A stretch of 64,000 nt of DNA, taken from positions 64,001 to 128,000 of the forward strand of contig CAXXNO010000005.1 in assembly GCA_963663235.2 (NCBI GenBank), in the 5' to 3' direction. Position numbers and translations under genes: made by a program. Below, one piece after another: positions 50,014-59,333 of this stretch. The notes beneath the pieces are model-generated. The model did no database searches and was not told the DNA's origin. It worked only from the letters and a program-made list of their open reading frames with translations. The DNA comes from Dehalococcoidia bacterium. GTDB taxonomy: Bacteria > Chloroflexota > Dehalococcoidia > Bin125. Positions within the stretch are counted from its first letter, which is position 1. The number at the start of each line of letters is the position of its first letter.

Positions 50014-51048
50014 ATGAGCAAGCTGCCGCCGATCAACATCTCCCTGAGCGGTTTCCCCTATGACGACGCGATCACCATGGTCAAGGAGGCGGACAAGGCG
50101 GGGCTGTACGCTACCTGGGTGCCGGAGTTCCAACGCGACTCCCTGACCTATCTCGCCGCCATGGCCCCCCTCACCAGCGACATCAAGCTCATCAGCAGTG
50201 TCGCCACCTGGACCCGTACCCCCGTCAACATGATGCGTGCCTGCAAGGACTTGGACATGCTCAGCCACGGCCGCTTCATGCTCGGCCTGGGCTCCATGCC
50301 CGCCTCGTGGAACCGGGACTATCACGCCATCCCGCCCGAGAAGCCCGTGGCGCGCATGCGCGAATACGTGGAGACGCTGCGGCTCCTGTGGAAATCGGAC
50401 CCGGACACACCCGTGAACTACGAGGGCCGCTTCTACCAAATCTACGATTACCGCGTCCTCGAGCCGCCCGATCGGCCGCATCTCCCCATCCTTCTTGGCG
50501 CCACCCGGCCGAACATGCTGCGGACCGCCGGAGAGATCGCCGACGGCGTCCTCTTCAACTGGAACTTCACGCTGGATTTCGTCAGGAACGAAGCGCTGCC
50601 GGCGATTGTGGAGGGGGCCAAGAAATCCGGCCGCACCTTGCAAGACCTCCACATCGATGCCGGGCGGCCCGTCGTCTTCACCGACGACAAAGAAGAGGCC
50701 GACGCGGCCATCGCATGTTGGCGACGCGGGACGGCTTACATCTTCATACAGGCGGACTACCATCGCGACATGCTTGAAACACTCGGCTTCGAGGAGGAAG
50801 TGGCTCGCGGCAAGAAAGCGATGGCGGTCGGAGATTTCGACGGCGTCATCGAAGCGATCAACGACCGCATCGTCGACACCTTCGTCATCAGGGGCGCTCC
50901 CGACGAGTGCCTGGAGCGCATCGCCGAGTTCAGCGATTTCGCGGACTCCTTTTCCGTCGCGAGTTCTACCTGGACCGGTGTGGGCGGCAAGGAGAGCATG
51001 AAAGCCACGCGCAGAGTGATCGAAGTGCTCGCGGACGCCGGCCGCTGA
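50014..51048 (+). CDS. LLM-class oxidoreductase (copy A)
   Basis: ATWVPE, DLDMLSHGRFMLGLG, RMREYVE, AGEIADGV. Confidence 0.9.
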   Translation: MSKLPPINISLSGFPYDDAITMVKEADKAGLYATWVPEFQRDSLTYLAAMAPLTSDIKLISSVATWTRTPVNMMRACKDLDMLSHGRFMLGLGSMPASWNRDYHAIPPEKPVARMREYVETLRLLWKSDPDTPVNYEGRFYQIYDYRVLEPPDRPHLPILLGATRPNMLRTAGEIADGVLFNWNFTLDFVRNEALPAIVEGAKKSGRTLQDLHIDAGRPVVFTDDKEEADAAIACWRRGTAYIFIQADYHRDMLETLGFEEEVARGKKAMAVGDFDGVIEAINDRIVDTFVIRGAPDECLERIAEFSDFADSFSVASSTWTGVGGKESMKATRRVIEVLADAGR

Positions 51049-51122
51049 TGCCCTTGAGGTGACGACGGCGTCCACGCTGGACCCATGCGCCGGGTCGGCC
51101 GACCTGCGAAAGGACGCAATCG

Positions 51123-52154
51123 ATGCAAATCGGCTCCTGCATGAACACCCACGGCGTGGTCTTCCGCAGCGAGACGGAGTTCTGGGTGGAGAACCTCGCC
51201 GCCGACGACATGCGCCCCATCGAGTTCGCGCAGCGCGCCGAACGCCTCGGCTATCATTCCCTCTGGTTCCCGGACCACGTCACGCTGCCGCTCCAAACCA
51301 CCGATGTCCACATCGCCAATCCGGAGTCGGGCAAGCGCCACTACGTCGAGCGGCCCGAGATGCTCGACGCGCTCGTCACGATGGGCGCTGTGGCGGGCGC
51401 TACCAGCACCATCAAGCTGGCCACCTCCGTGCTGATCTCCCCCTACCGCCCCCCTCTTCACGACGCCCGCCAGTTCGCCACGGTCGACCGCCTGTCCAAC
51501 GGCCGCCTCATCGCCGGCGTCGGGGCCGGCTGGGCCAAGGAGGAGTTCGACGCCCTCCACCTCAACTACGCGAAGCGCGGCGAGATGACCGATGAGTGCA
51601 TCCAGGTCTACAAGACCGCCTGGCAGGACGGGACCCCCAACTTCGATGGGGAGTTCTACAGCTTCCACGACATCACCATGGACCCCAAGCCGGTGCAGAA
51701 GCCGCGGCCGCCCATCGTCTTCGGCGGCATGTCCAAGGCCGGAGCCCGCCGCGCGGCCCGCCTCTGCGACGGCTTCTACCCCATCTTCATGCACCCCGGG
51801 GCGCGGCCCCACGAGCTCGATCACTTCCAGGATGAGATCCGGCGCGAGGCCCAGCGCATCGGCCGAGACCTCTCCGACTTCATGATGATCGGGCAGGTGG
51901 CCGCCCGCATCACCGACGCCAACGATCCGCACTTGCAGCGCAAGGTGCGCCCGATCTGCGAGGGCACGCCGGAGATGATCCTCTCCGACCTCCAGGAGTT
52001 CGCCGAGGCCGGCTACTCCTTGATGGTCGTGCATCAGGATTGCCAGACCAGCACCGCCGAGGAGCTGTTCGAGCGCACGGAGCAGTTCGGCCGGGAGATC
52101 ATCCCCCTCGCCCAGGACTTCAAGCCGGGCGGCGAGTGGAAGCCGGTCCCCTAG
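51123..52154 (+). CDS. LLM-class, probably F420-dependent oxidoreductase
   Basis: GYHSLWFPDHV, ATVDRLSNGRLIAGVGAGW, PKPVQKPRPPI. Confidence 0.9.
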   Translation: MQIGSCMNTHGVVFRSETEFWVENLAADDMRPIEFAQRAERLGYHSLWFPDHVTLPLQTTDVHIANPESGKRHYVERPEMLDALVTMGAVAGATSTIKLATSVLISPYRPPLHDARQFATVDRLSNGRLIAGVGAGWAKEEFDALHLNYAKRGEMTDECIQVYKTAWQDGTPNFDGEFYSFHDITMDPKPVQKPRPPIVFGGMSKAGARRAARLCDGFYPIFMHPGARPHELDHFQDEIRREAQRIGRDLSDFMMIGQVAARITDANDPHLQRKVRPICEGTPEMILSDLQEFAEAGYSLMVVHQDCQTSTAEELFERTEQFGREIIPLAQDFKPGGEWKPVP

Positions 52155-52192
52155 GCTGCCAACCATCGCATGCCATCGAGAGGAGGCGACCG

Positions 52193-52315
52193 ATGAAGGT
52201 GCACGCGCTGGGCCACGCGGCCATCAAGGTGCGCGATGTGGAGCGCGGCGAGCGCTTCGTCTGCTTCAAGGACCCGGACGGCGCCATCCTGGAGCTGCTC
52301 GAGATCCTGCGCTGA
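52193..52315 (+). pseudogene. Chimeric 40-aa VOC remnant at the duplication junction
   Basis: MKVHALGHAAIKVRDVER (a different VOC N-terminus, with RBS AGGAGG) fused in frame to GERFVCFKDPDGAILELLEILR from 46940..47389. Confidence 0.85.
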
Positions 52316-52363
52316 GCGCTCCCACGGCGCCCGCCGGCCCCACCGCCGCGGGCGCGTGATCGG

Positions 52364-52396
52364 CGAGAGGCCCCTCGGTTGAGGGGCCTCTCGTTT
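52364..52396. terminator. Hairpin terminator (duplicate)
   Basis: Same 13-bp stem as 47438. Confidence 0.75.
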
Positions 52397-52426
52397 GTCG
52401 TCGCTGCCGGCGAAGGCGTTGCGGCG

Positions 52427-54259
52427 TTAGGCCGTAAAGACGATATCCCCGTAGTCGATGAGATTGTCGCCACGGTAGTGAAAGCCGCTGACGTTGTCGC
52501 GGAAAATGTACTGCGGGTTCGTCCAGGCGATGTGCTGGAAAGGGGCGTCTTCCGCGAGTATGCGCTGGGCCGTGTCGTAGAACGCCAGCGCATCGGGGGC
52601 CTGGTCATCCCCCACTTCAATCCCGGACTGCACGGCCGCCCAGAAGTCATCCCATTGCGCGCGGCCCGTGTCGTAGAAAGCAAAGTTGATCGGCGAGCCG
52701 CTCTGGAAGAAGAGCTGGAGGTAGTAGGGCATGGTCTGCACGAAGGACGCGGTGCGGACCAGGAACGTGGGCTGCCGCGCCTCCGGTGTGCCGCGGTTCT
52801 CGTCGGCGGCCGCGGGCGGCAACGCCACCAGGTTCAAGCGGATGCCGGCTTTGGCCGCCGACTCGCGCATGAGGACCGCGGCCTCCTCCTGGTCGGGGAG
52901 GGCCAGCTCGTACGACATGTCGATTTCAAAGCCGTCCGGCACTCCGGCCTCCGCCAGCAGCTCCTTGGCCTTGTCGATGTCGGTGACGTATTGGTGAGAG
53001 TGCTCCGGCGCGGCGCCGGGGATCGGCGGCCAGACTTGCGAAAATGCACGGATCGCCAGGCCCTCGTAGACCGTGTTGACCATGCCGTCGTACGGGATGA
53101 TGTAGGCCAGCGCTTGACGGACCCGCGTATCTCCCCACACTTCTTCGTTCATGTTCGTCACGGAGAACAGGTTCAAGTTCGTGTCGGCCTTGGGAACGTA
53201 GGTCCCTTCCTCGCCCTGCGTGCTCGCCTGCTCGCGCGCCAGCATCGCCTTGGCGATGTGCACGTCGCCCCGGCGGACCAGCGCCAGCCGGTTGGCGCTC
53301 TCCGGCACCACCCGCCAGATGATCCGCTCGATCTGCGCGGGGTTGATCCCGTCGCCCCGGGCCCAGCCCTCGTTGCGGAGGAAGACCGCCTGTTCCCCTT
53401 GCGTGAAGATCTCGAGCTGGTAGGCCCCGAAGCCGTGGGAGTGCGTGACCGCCCACTCTTGCGACCACGGGTCGTCCTCCGTGGCGTTCTCCTTCATCAA
53501 CTTGGAGTCGACGATCGCGCCCACGTGCTGGGCCATGATCGTCTGCTCGAACGTGGGGTACGGCCGGTTGAGCCGGAACTGCACCGTGAAATCGTCGATC
53601 CGCTGGATCTGGTCCGGATCAAAGAGCTCCGCCGCGAACGCCGAGATGAAGGCTCCCAGCCCCCCCGCCGCAATCTTGCGCTCCATGGTGTAGGTCACGT
53701 CGTCGGCCGTGAACGGGTTGCCGTTATAGCTGACCACGCCTTCGCGCAGCGTGAATTCGTAGGTCGTCCCGTCTTCGCTCTTGCTCCAGTCAACCGCCAG
53801 CCGCGGTTCCCAGGGGCCCGTTATATCCTCCCCCAAGAACCCGCCTGGCTGCTCCACGATCTTGTTGCGGATCAACGTGGAGTGGAGCATCACGTTGGCC
53901 TCTTGGCTCTCGTGGGTATTCGCCAACTCCTGGTCCAACGTGACGAACAGGTTGGCCTGCGCGACGACCAGATCGCGCTCCACGTCCACCGCCGCCTCTT
54001 CGGCCGCCTGCTCGATCTCTTCCGCCGCTTGCTCGACGGCCGCGACCTGCTCCTCCTCGGTGACCTGCGCCTGCGCCTGATCTTCTTCGATCACCTGCGC
54101 AATGGCTTGCGATATCGCTTCGTCGTCGTCGTCGCCGCAACCGACCAGGGCCAGTCCGGCCGCTCCCAGCCCGGCCACCCCCGAGGCGGCCAGCGCCCGT
54201 CGCCGCGACATCCGCTGGCCAAGCATTCGCCGGTAAGGGCTCACATACCGCTCTTTCAT
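52427..54259 (-). CDS. ABC substrate-binding protein family 5, Tat lipoprotein (copy B)
   Basis: Same length and motifs as copy A, with about 23 amino-acid differences. Confidence 0.92.
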   Translation of the reverse strand: MKERYVSPYRRMLGQRMSRRRALAASGVAGLGAAGLALVGCGDDDDEAISQAIAQVIEEDQAQAQVTEEEQVAAVEQAAEEIEQAAEEAAVDVERDLVVAQANLFVTLDQELANTHESQEANVMLHSTLIRNKIVEQPGGFLGEDITGPWEPRLAVDWSKSEDGTTYEFTLREGVVSYNGNPFTADDVTYTMERKIAAGGLGAFISAFAAELFDPDQIQRIDDFTVQFRLNRPYPTFEQTIMAQHVGAIVDSKLMKENATEDDPWSQEWAVTHSHGFGAYQLEIFTQGEQAVFLRNEGWARGDGINPAQIERIIWRVVPESANRLALVRRGDVHIAKAMLAREQASTQGEEGTYVPKADTNLNLFSVTNMNEEVWGDTRVRQALAYIIPYDGMVNTVYEGLAIRAFSQVWPPIPGAAPEHSHQYVTDIDKAKELLAEAGVPDGFEIDMSYELALPDQEEAAVLMRESAAKAGIRLNLVALPPAAADENRGTPEARQPTFLVRTASFVQTMPYYLQLFFQSGSPINFAFYDTGRAQWDDFWAAVQSGIEVGDDQAPDALAFYDTAQRILAEDAPFQHIAWTNPQYIFRDNVSGFHYRGDNLIDYGDIVFTA

Positions 54260-54391
54260 CGCTCGATCCTTCCTCCTGGTTCTGCCGAATCCCGCTTCCG
54301 CCACCCGGACGGCGTTCCCGCGCCTGGGCATGATCGGCATCATACATGACTTACGAAACGGGTTGCCCACTTCACTAAGGAAGAGCGGACG

Positions 54392-54859
54392 CTACATCTG
54401 CAGAAACCGCTCCTTGGCCCAGCCCTCCTCGTAGCTCGTGAAAAACGCGAGGTGCACGTTGGAGGCGGCGATGAGCCAGCTCCCGTCGACTTTCTTATAG
54501 GTATCGTCGTAGGTCGCGGCCAGGAACGCCGCACGGCCCTTCACCGTCAACGGCACCCACACGTACCACGAACCGGTCGCATCGATGCCGTTGTCGTCGA
54601 CGTCGATGATCTCGCCCAGCATGTAGTGCAGCGAGAACGGGTACATCTCGGCGCCGGGGACGAAGAAGGCATGGATCTTCTCCCGGCCTTCCAGGTGGTA
54701 ACCCATCTCGTCCGAGTGCCACGTCGCGTCCTCGGTGAACAGGTTGGAAAGCCCGACCGGATCGAAGTCCTCGTCCGCCAGCCGGGCGTAGCCCTGCTTC
54801 AGCCGCCGGATCGCCTCAATGTTCTCCAGCCGTTGAAGCCGTTGCTCGATCGTGGGCAT
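54392..54859 (-). CDS. SnoaL_4/NTF2-like protein (intact copy B)
   Basis: LENIEAIRRLKQGYARLAD..LFTEDATW..SLHY..YDDTYKKVDGSWLI. Confidence 0.9.
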   Translation of the reverse strand: MPTIEQRLQRLENIEAIRRLKQGYARLADEDFDPVGLSNLFTEDATWHSDEMGYHLEGREKIHAFFVPGAEMYPFSLHYMLGEIIDVDDNGIDATGSWYVWVPLTVKGRAAFLAATYDDTYKKVDGSWLIAASNVHLAFFTSYEEGWAKERFLQM

Positions 54860-54970
54860 CGCTGTTCCTCTCTCTGGATGGTTCCAGCGCGTGCGCGCCG
54901 AAGGCTACCACTCGTCGTATCCCGGGAAAAGGCGACAAGGGCGCTCTCGCACGGTCGCCCGCGTCGCTTC

Positions 54971-54999
54971 TTGACCGCCCACAGGTCAGCGCTTATACA
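54971..54999 (+). promoter_or_regulatory. Sigma70-like promoter with overlapping palindrome (copy B)
   Basis: TTGACC-N17-TATACA identical to copy A while flanking bases differ. Confidence 0.55.
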
Positions 55000-55104
55000 G
55001 GCGGAGCCTGGGTCTGGGCCGTGCTCTCTGACGCTCGCGCCCCGCACAGCCCCTCCGCCACGCTCTCCGCTGCCCAAAGGAGGAACCCCCAAAGTGAGGA
55101 ACCG

Positions 55105-56139
55105 ATGAGCAAGCTGCCGCCGATCAACATCTCCCTGAGCGGTTTCCCCTATGACGACGCGATCACCATGGTCAAGGAGGCGGACAAGGCGGGGCTGTAC
55201 GCTACCTGGGTGCCGGAGTTCCAACGCGACTCCCTGACCTATCTCGGCGCCATGGCCCCCCTCACCAGCGACATCAAGCTCATCAGCAGTGTCGCCACCT
55301 GGACCCGCACCCCCGTCAACATGATGCGTGCCTGCAAGGACTTGGACATGCTCAGCCACGGCCGCTTCATGCTCGGCCTGGGCAGCATGCCCGCCTCGTG
55401 GAACCGGGACTATCACGCCATCGCGCCCGAGAAGCCCGTGGCGCGCATGCGCGAATACGTGGAGACGCTGCGGCTCCTGTGGAAATCGGACCCGGACACA
55501 CCCGTGAACTACGAGGGCCGCTTCTACCAAATCTACGATTACCGCGTCCTCGAGCCGCCCGATCGGCCGCATCTTCCCATCCTTCTTGGCGCCACCCGGC
55601 CGAATATGCTGCAGACCGCCGGAGAGATCGCCGACGGCGTCCTCTTCAACTGGAACTTCACGCTGGATTTCGTCAGGAACGAAGCGCTGCCGGCGATTGC
55701 GGAGGGGGCCAAGAAGTCCGGCCGCACCTTGCAAGACCTCCACATCGATGCCGGGCGGCCCGTTGTCTTCACCGACGACAAAGAAGAAGCCGATGCGGCC
55801 ATCGCATGTTGGCGACGCGGGACGGCCTACATCTTCGTGGCGGCGGACTACCATCGCGACATGCTTGAAACACTCGGCTTCGAGGAGGAAGTGGCTCGCG
55901 GCAAGAAAGCGATGGCGGCCGGAGATTTCGACGGCGTCATCGAAGCGATCAACGACCGCATCATCGACACCTTCGTCATCAGAGGCACTCCCGACGAGTG
56001 CCTGGCGCGCATCGCCGAGTTCAGCGATTTCGCGGACTCCTTTTCCGTCTGGAGTCCCACCTGGACCGGTGTGGGCGGCAAGGAGAGCATGAAAGCCACG
56101 CGCAGAGTGATCGAAGTGCTCGCGGACGCCGGCCGCTGA
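55105..56139 (+). CDS. LLM-class oxidoreductase (copy B)
   Basis: Near-identical to 50014..51048. Confidence 0.9.
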   Translation: MSKLPPINISLSGFPYDDAITMVKEADKAGLYATWVPEFQRDSLTYLGAMAPLTSDIKLISSVATWTRTPVNMMRACKDLDMLSHGRFMLGLGSMPASWNRDYHAIAPEKPVARMREYVETLRLLWKSDPDTPVNYEGRFYQIYDYRVLEPPDRPHLPILLGATRPNMLQTAGEIADGVLFNWNFTLDFVRNEALPAIAEGAKKSGRTLQDLHIDAGRPVVFTDDKEEADAAIACWRRGTAYIFVAADYHRDMLETLGFEEEVARGKKAMAAGDFDGVIEAINDRIIDTFVIRGTPDECLARIAEFSDFADSFSVWSPTWTGVGGKESMKATRRVIEVLADAGR

Positions 56140-56210
56140 TGCCCTTGAGGTGACGACGGCGTCCACGCTGGCCCGATGCGCCGGCCGCCCGGCGCCTGAG
56201 TGGAGGAACC

Positions 56211-57005
56211 ATGTCAATCAAGCGAGCCTACGTCGATGTCGACGGCCGTCAGCTCCACTACCGCGTCGCCGCGGGCAGCCGCGGCACGCCCATCGTCTAC
56301 CTCCACCAAACCGCCAGCTCCTCCGCCATGTACGAGGGGCTGTTGGCGCAGCTCGATGGCGAGCGCCCGCAATACGCCCTCGACACGCCGGGCTTCGGCC
56401 AGTCGGACTTCCCGCCCCCGGAGCCGACGGTGAACTCGTACGCACAGGGTCTCCTGGCGGCGGCCGGTGCCCTCGGCCTCGATCGCTTCCACGTCTTGGG
56501 GCACCACACGGGCGCGTCGATCGCCTGTGAGATGGCCGCCATCGCGCCGGACCGCATCGCCACCTTGATCATGGCCGGCCCGCCCTACCTCGATGCCGAG
56601 GCGTGCAAAGAGTGGCTCGACGAGACCGCGGCCATGGTGATCGATGCGAAAGGCGGGCACTTGATGCCCGCCTGGGAGCGCGCCAAGGACCTCGGCCCCA
56701 ATTCGTCGCTCGACATCGTGCATCGCGAGACGGTCGATACGCTCCGCGCGGGCGAGCGCTGGCACGAAGCCTACCTCGCCGTCTTCACCTACGACATGCC
56801 CGCGCGTCTCGCGCTGGTCCGCTGTCCCATCCTCATGCTCTGCACCCATGACGACCCTCTGCTGCCCTACTTTCCGCACGCCCGCGAAGCCCGGCCCGAT
56901 GCTCGCTCCGTCGAGATGGACGGCGGCGTCTTCGTGATCGACGAAGCGCCGGAGGCGATCGCTGGCGAGGTCCGGACGTTCTTGGCCTCGGTCGAGTCGA
57001 GCTAG
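56211..57005 (+). CDS. Alpha/beta-fold hydrolase with an atypical nucleophile elbow
   Basis: YLHQTASSS, DTPGFGQSD, and GHHTG in place of GxSxG. Confidence 0.85.
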   Translation: MSIKRAYVDVDGRQLHYRVAAGSRGTPIVYLHQTASSSAMYEGLLAQLDGERPQYALDTPGFGQSDFPPPEPTVNSYAQGLLAAAGALGLDRFHVLGHHTGASIACEMAAIAPDRIATLIMAGPPYLDAEACKEWLDETAAMVIDAKGGHLMPAWERAKDLGPNSSLDIVHRETVDTLRAGERWHEAYLAVFTYDMPARLALVRCPILMLCTHDDPLLPYFPHAREARPDARSVEMDGGVFVIDEAPEAIAGEVRTFLASVESS

Positions 57006-57081
57006 CTACGGCAGCGATCCTCTGCGGGAGCTTCGGGACCGGCGCGGCCATCCTTTGAGTGACTGTGCGAAGGGATACACC

Positions 57082-57903
57082 ATGACCGACGACCGGGCCC
57101 ACGCCGATCGCAGGCGCGTCGCCGTTGAAGGCGTGCGCAAGTTGCGTGAGGGCGTCCTCGACGATGTCGAGGGTTATCTTCAGCACTCAGAAGACCGCAT
57201 GGGGGCGGTCGGATCGTTCAGCGTTGACTTCGTCTTCGGCGATATCTGGGCGCGGCCGCAGCTCTCCCGCCGAGACCGCAGCCTGGTGACGCTGGCGGCG
57301 TTGATCGCGGGAAGCGGTGCCGAAAGGGAGCTGGCGGTGCACGCAGAGAGCGCGATCATTCATGGGCTCTCGCGCGAGGAAGTGGAGGAGGTGGTCACGC
57401 ACCTGAGCGCCTACGCGGGTTTCCCGCGCGCGCTGGCGGCGCTCCGGCACATTCAGGCTGGCCTCAATGCCGCGGACAGCGGATCGCCACCACCGCCCCG
57501 CCAGCCCGCGCAGCGTAAGAGCGATGCGGAGCGCCGCCGCGACGGGATTGATGTCCTTTCGACGCTGATGGGCTGGTCCGACCCCGAAGCGGACCTCGCG
57601 CAACTGCGGGAGCGGATGGGGCCGATGGCGGACGTGTCGATCCAATTCTTGTGCGGCGAGGTCTGGGCGCGGTCCCAGCTATCCCCTCGCGACCGCAGCC
57701 TCGCCACGCTGTCGGCGTTGACACTGCTTGGTCGCACGGATCATCTGCCCACCCACGTCCGCGGCGCGCTCAACCACGGCCTCACCCGCGAGGAGATCGA
57801 GGAGGTGATGGTGCACCTGCTGGTCTACGCGGGCTGGCCGCTCGCGGTAACGGCGTTCCAGGCGGTCCGGGAGATCTTCGCGGAGATCGATAAGAGCGAG
57901 TGA
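57082..57903 (+). CDS. Double-domain carboxymuconolactone decarboxylase-family protein
   Basis: Two repeats of G[DE][IV]WAR.QLS.RDRSL.TL.AL...HGL[ST]REE...YAG[FW]P. Confidence 0.9.
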   Translation: MTDDRAHADRRRVAVEGVRKLREGVLDDVEGYLQHSEDRMGAVGSFSVDFVFGDIWARPQLSRRDRSLVTLAALIAGSGAERELAVHAESAIIHGLSREEVEEVVTHLSAYAGFPRALAALRHIQAGLNAADSGSPPPPRQPAQRKSDAERRRDGIDVLSTLMGWSDPEADLAQLRERMGPMADVSIQFLCGEVWARSQLSPRDRSLATLSALTLLGRTDHLPTHVRGALNHGLTREEIEEVMVHLLVYAGWPLAVTAFQAVREIFAEIDKSE

Positions 57904-57904
57904 C

Positions 57905-59179
57905 CTAGGTGATCACGCCGGCGGCGCGAAGCGCTGCCACCTCCTCGGCCTCGAAGCCGTGCACTATCAACACCGCGTCGCTGTCACGGCCGTACGCGGG
58001 CGCGGCGCCATGCGCCGCCGTGGGCGTCACCGACATGGAGACCGTCGGCCCCGCGACCTGCTGGGGACCCGTCACCGGATGCTCCAGTTCCCACATCAGC
58101 CCCGCAGCCCCCACGTGCACGTCAGCCGCCATCTCCTCCGGGAAGTTGACCGGGGCCGCGGGCGCGCCTGCCGCTCGGAACGCTTCGTCCCATTCCTGCA
58201 CTGTTCGCCCCAGCATTCTGCGTTCGACCTCCGCCTTCCACTGCGCGAACCGCGACATGTCCGCGGCGTTCTTGGGGTCGAAGTCGCGGCCGTCGATCTC
58301 GTCGCTCACGCCTACCACGGTGCACGCCGCCGCGCGGTTCGCCGGCGTGAGGCAGCCGAGCGCGATGTATCCGTCCTTGGCTCGATAGACCTCGTAGTAC
58401 AGACGTGGGGGCCCCGCCTCCGCCACCCGATACCGATCGCGGATCGCCAGCTGCTCTTGGTAGGAGCCGCCCTCTCGACGGCTCTCCGCGATTTCGGTCA
58501 TCATCGGCGCGCGGACCCCGGCGTCGCTCACGGGCTCCTCCATCACGTGGATATCGAGCAGCGACAGCGCCGTTCGCAACAGGGACGCCTCGATGCGTTG
58601 GCCCCGGCCGCTCCGCTCGCGCTGGTACAGGGCGGCGCAGATCGCCATGGCAGCCGCCAGGCCGGTGGCGTAATCGACGGTCGGCGGGCGGTTGAACGCG
58701 GGCAGCCCCTCCTTATCCATCTTCCCCCCAACAACGAGCAGCCCGGAATAGGCCGCCATCGTCAGGTCCGTCGCCGCGTCTTCTGACCGTGGCCCGCGGT
58801 GTCCCCACCCCGTGATGTCGCAATAGATCAGGCGCGGGTGTGAGGCCGAGAGGGTCGCGTAGTCGATCCCCAGCCGCTTCACCGCTCCTGGGCGCAAGTT
58901 GACGGTGACCACGTCGAAACCCGGAAGCATACGATCGATGACCGCACGGCCCCGCGCATCCTTGACGTCAATCGCCAGGGCTTGCTTGCCTCGGTTCAGC
59001 GCCTGGAACCGTTTGCTCTCATGCGGCTCCACGGCGCCCTGGTTTCGGTACGGCTCGCCCTCGCGCGGCTCGATCTTCACCACCTCCGCGCCGAGGTCGG
59101 AGAGGTTCACGCCGCAATACGGTCCCGCGACGAGCTGCGTGAACTCCAGGACCCGGACGCCGTCCAGTGCACCGCCCAC
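57905..59179 (-). CDS. Class III CoA-transferase (CaiB/BaiF family)
   Basis: ALDGVRVLEFTQLVAGPYC, LSDLGAEVVKIEP, LNRGK. Confidence 0.92.
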   Translation of the reverse strand: MGGALDGVRVLEFTQLVAGPYCGVNLSDLGAEVVKIEPREGEPYRNQGAVEPHESKRFQALNRGKQALAIDVKDARGRAVIDRMLPGFDVVTVNLRPGAVKRLGIDYATLSASHPRLIYCDITGWGHRGPRSEDAATDLTMAAYSGLLVVGGKMDKEGLPAFNRPPTVDYATGLAAAMAICAALYQRERSGRGQRIEASLLRTALSLLDIHVMEEPVSDAGVRAPMMTEIAESRREGGSYQEQLAIRDRYRVAEAGPPRLYYEVYRAKDGYIALGCLTPANRAAACTVVGVSDEIDGRDFDPKNAADMSRFAQWKAEVERRMLGRTVQEWDEAFRAAGAPAAPVNFPEEMAADVHVGAAGLMWELEHPVTGPQQVAGPTVSMSVTPTAAHGAAPAYGRDSDAVLIVHGFEAEEVAALRAAGVIT

Positions 59180-59333
59180 GCCTGGCTCCCTCCCTCCATC
59201 CCGGCGACCGGTCGCGCCCTCCGGGCGCGCCCCAGCCTAGCGGGTCCATCCTGCCGCCGCAGAGACCACGCGATGCCGTCCCTCGGCCTGCGGCGGGCGG
59301 GCTACGACCCTACCGCGGGCGCCTCCTCGATGC

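Larger units (their letters stand above)
47319..51093. repeat. Segmental duplication, copy A
   Basis: Near-identical to 52245..56184. Offset is 4926 at the left end. Confidence 0.95.
52245..56184. repeat. Segmental duplication, copy B
   Basis: Near-identical to 47319..51093. Confidence 0.95.

Noticed and set aside
47501-54259. Diversity-generating retroelement template/variable pair
   Set aside because: Differences are not adenine-specific, span the whole gene, and no reverse transcriptase is present.
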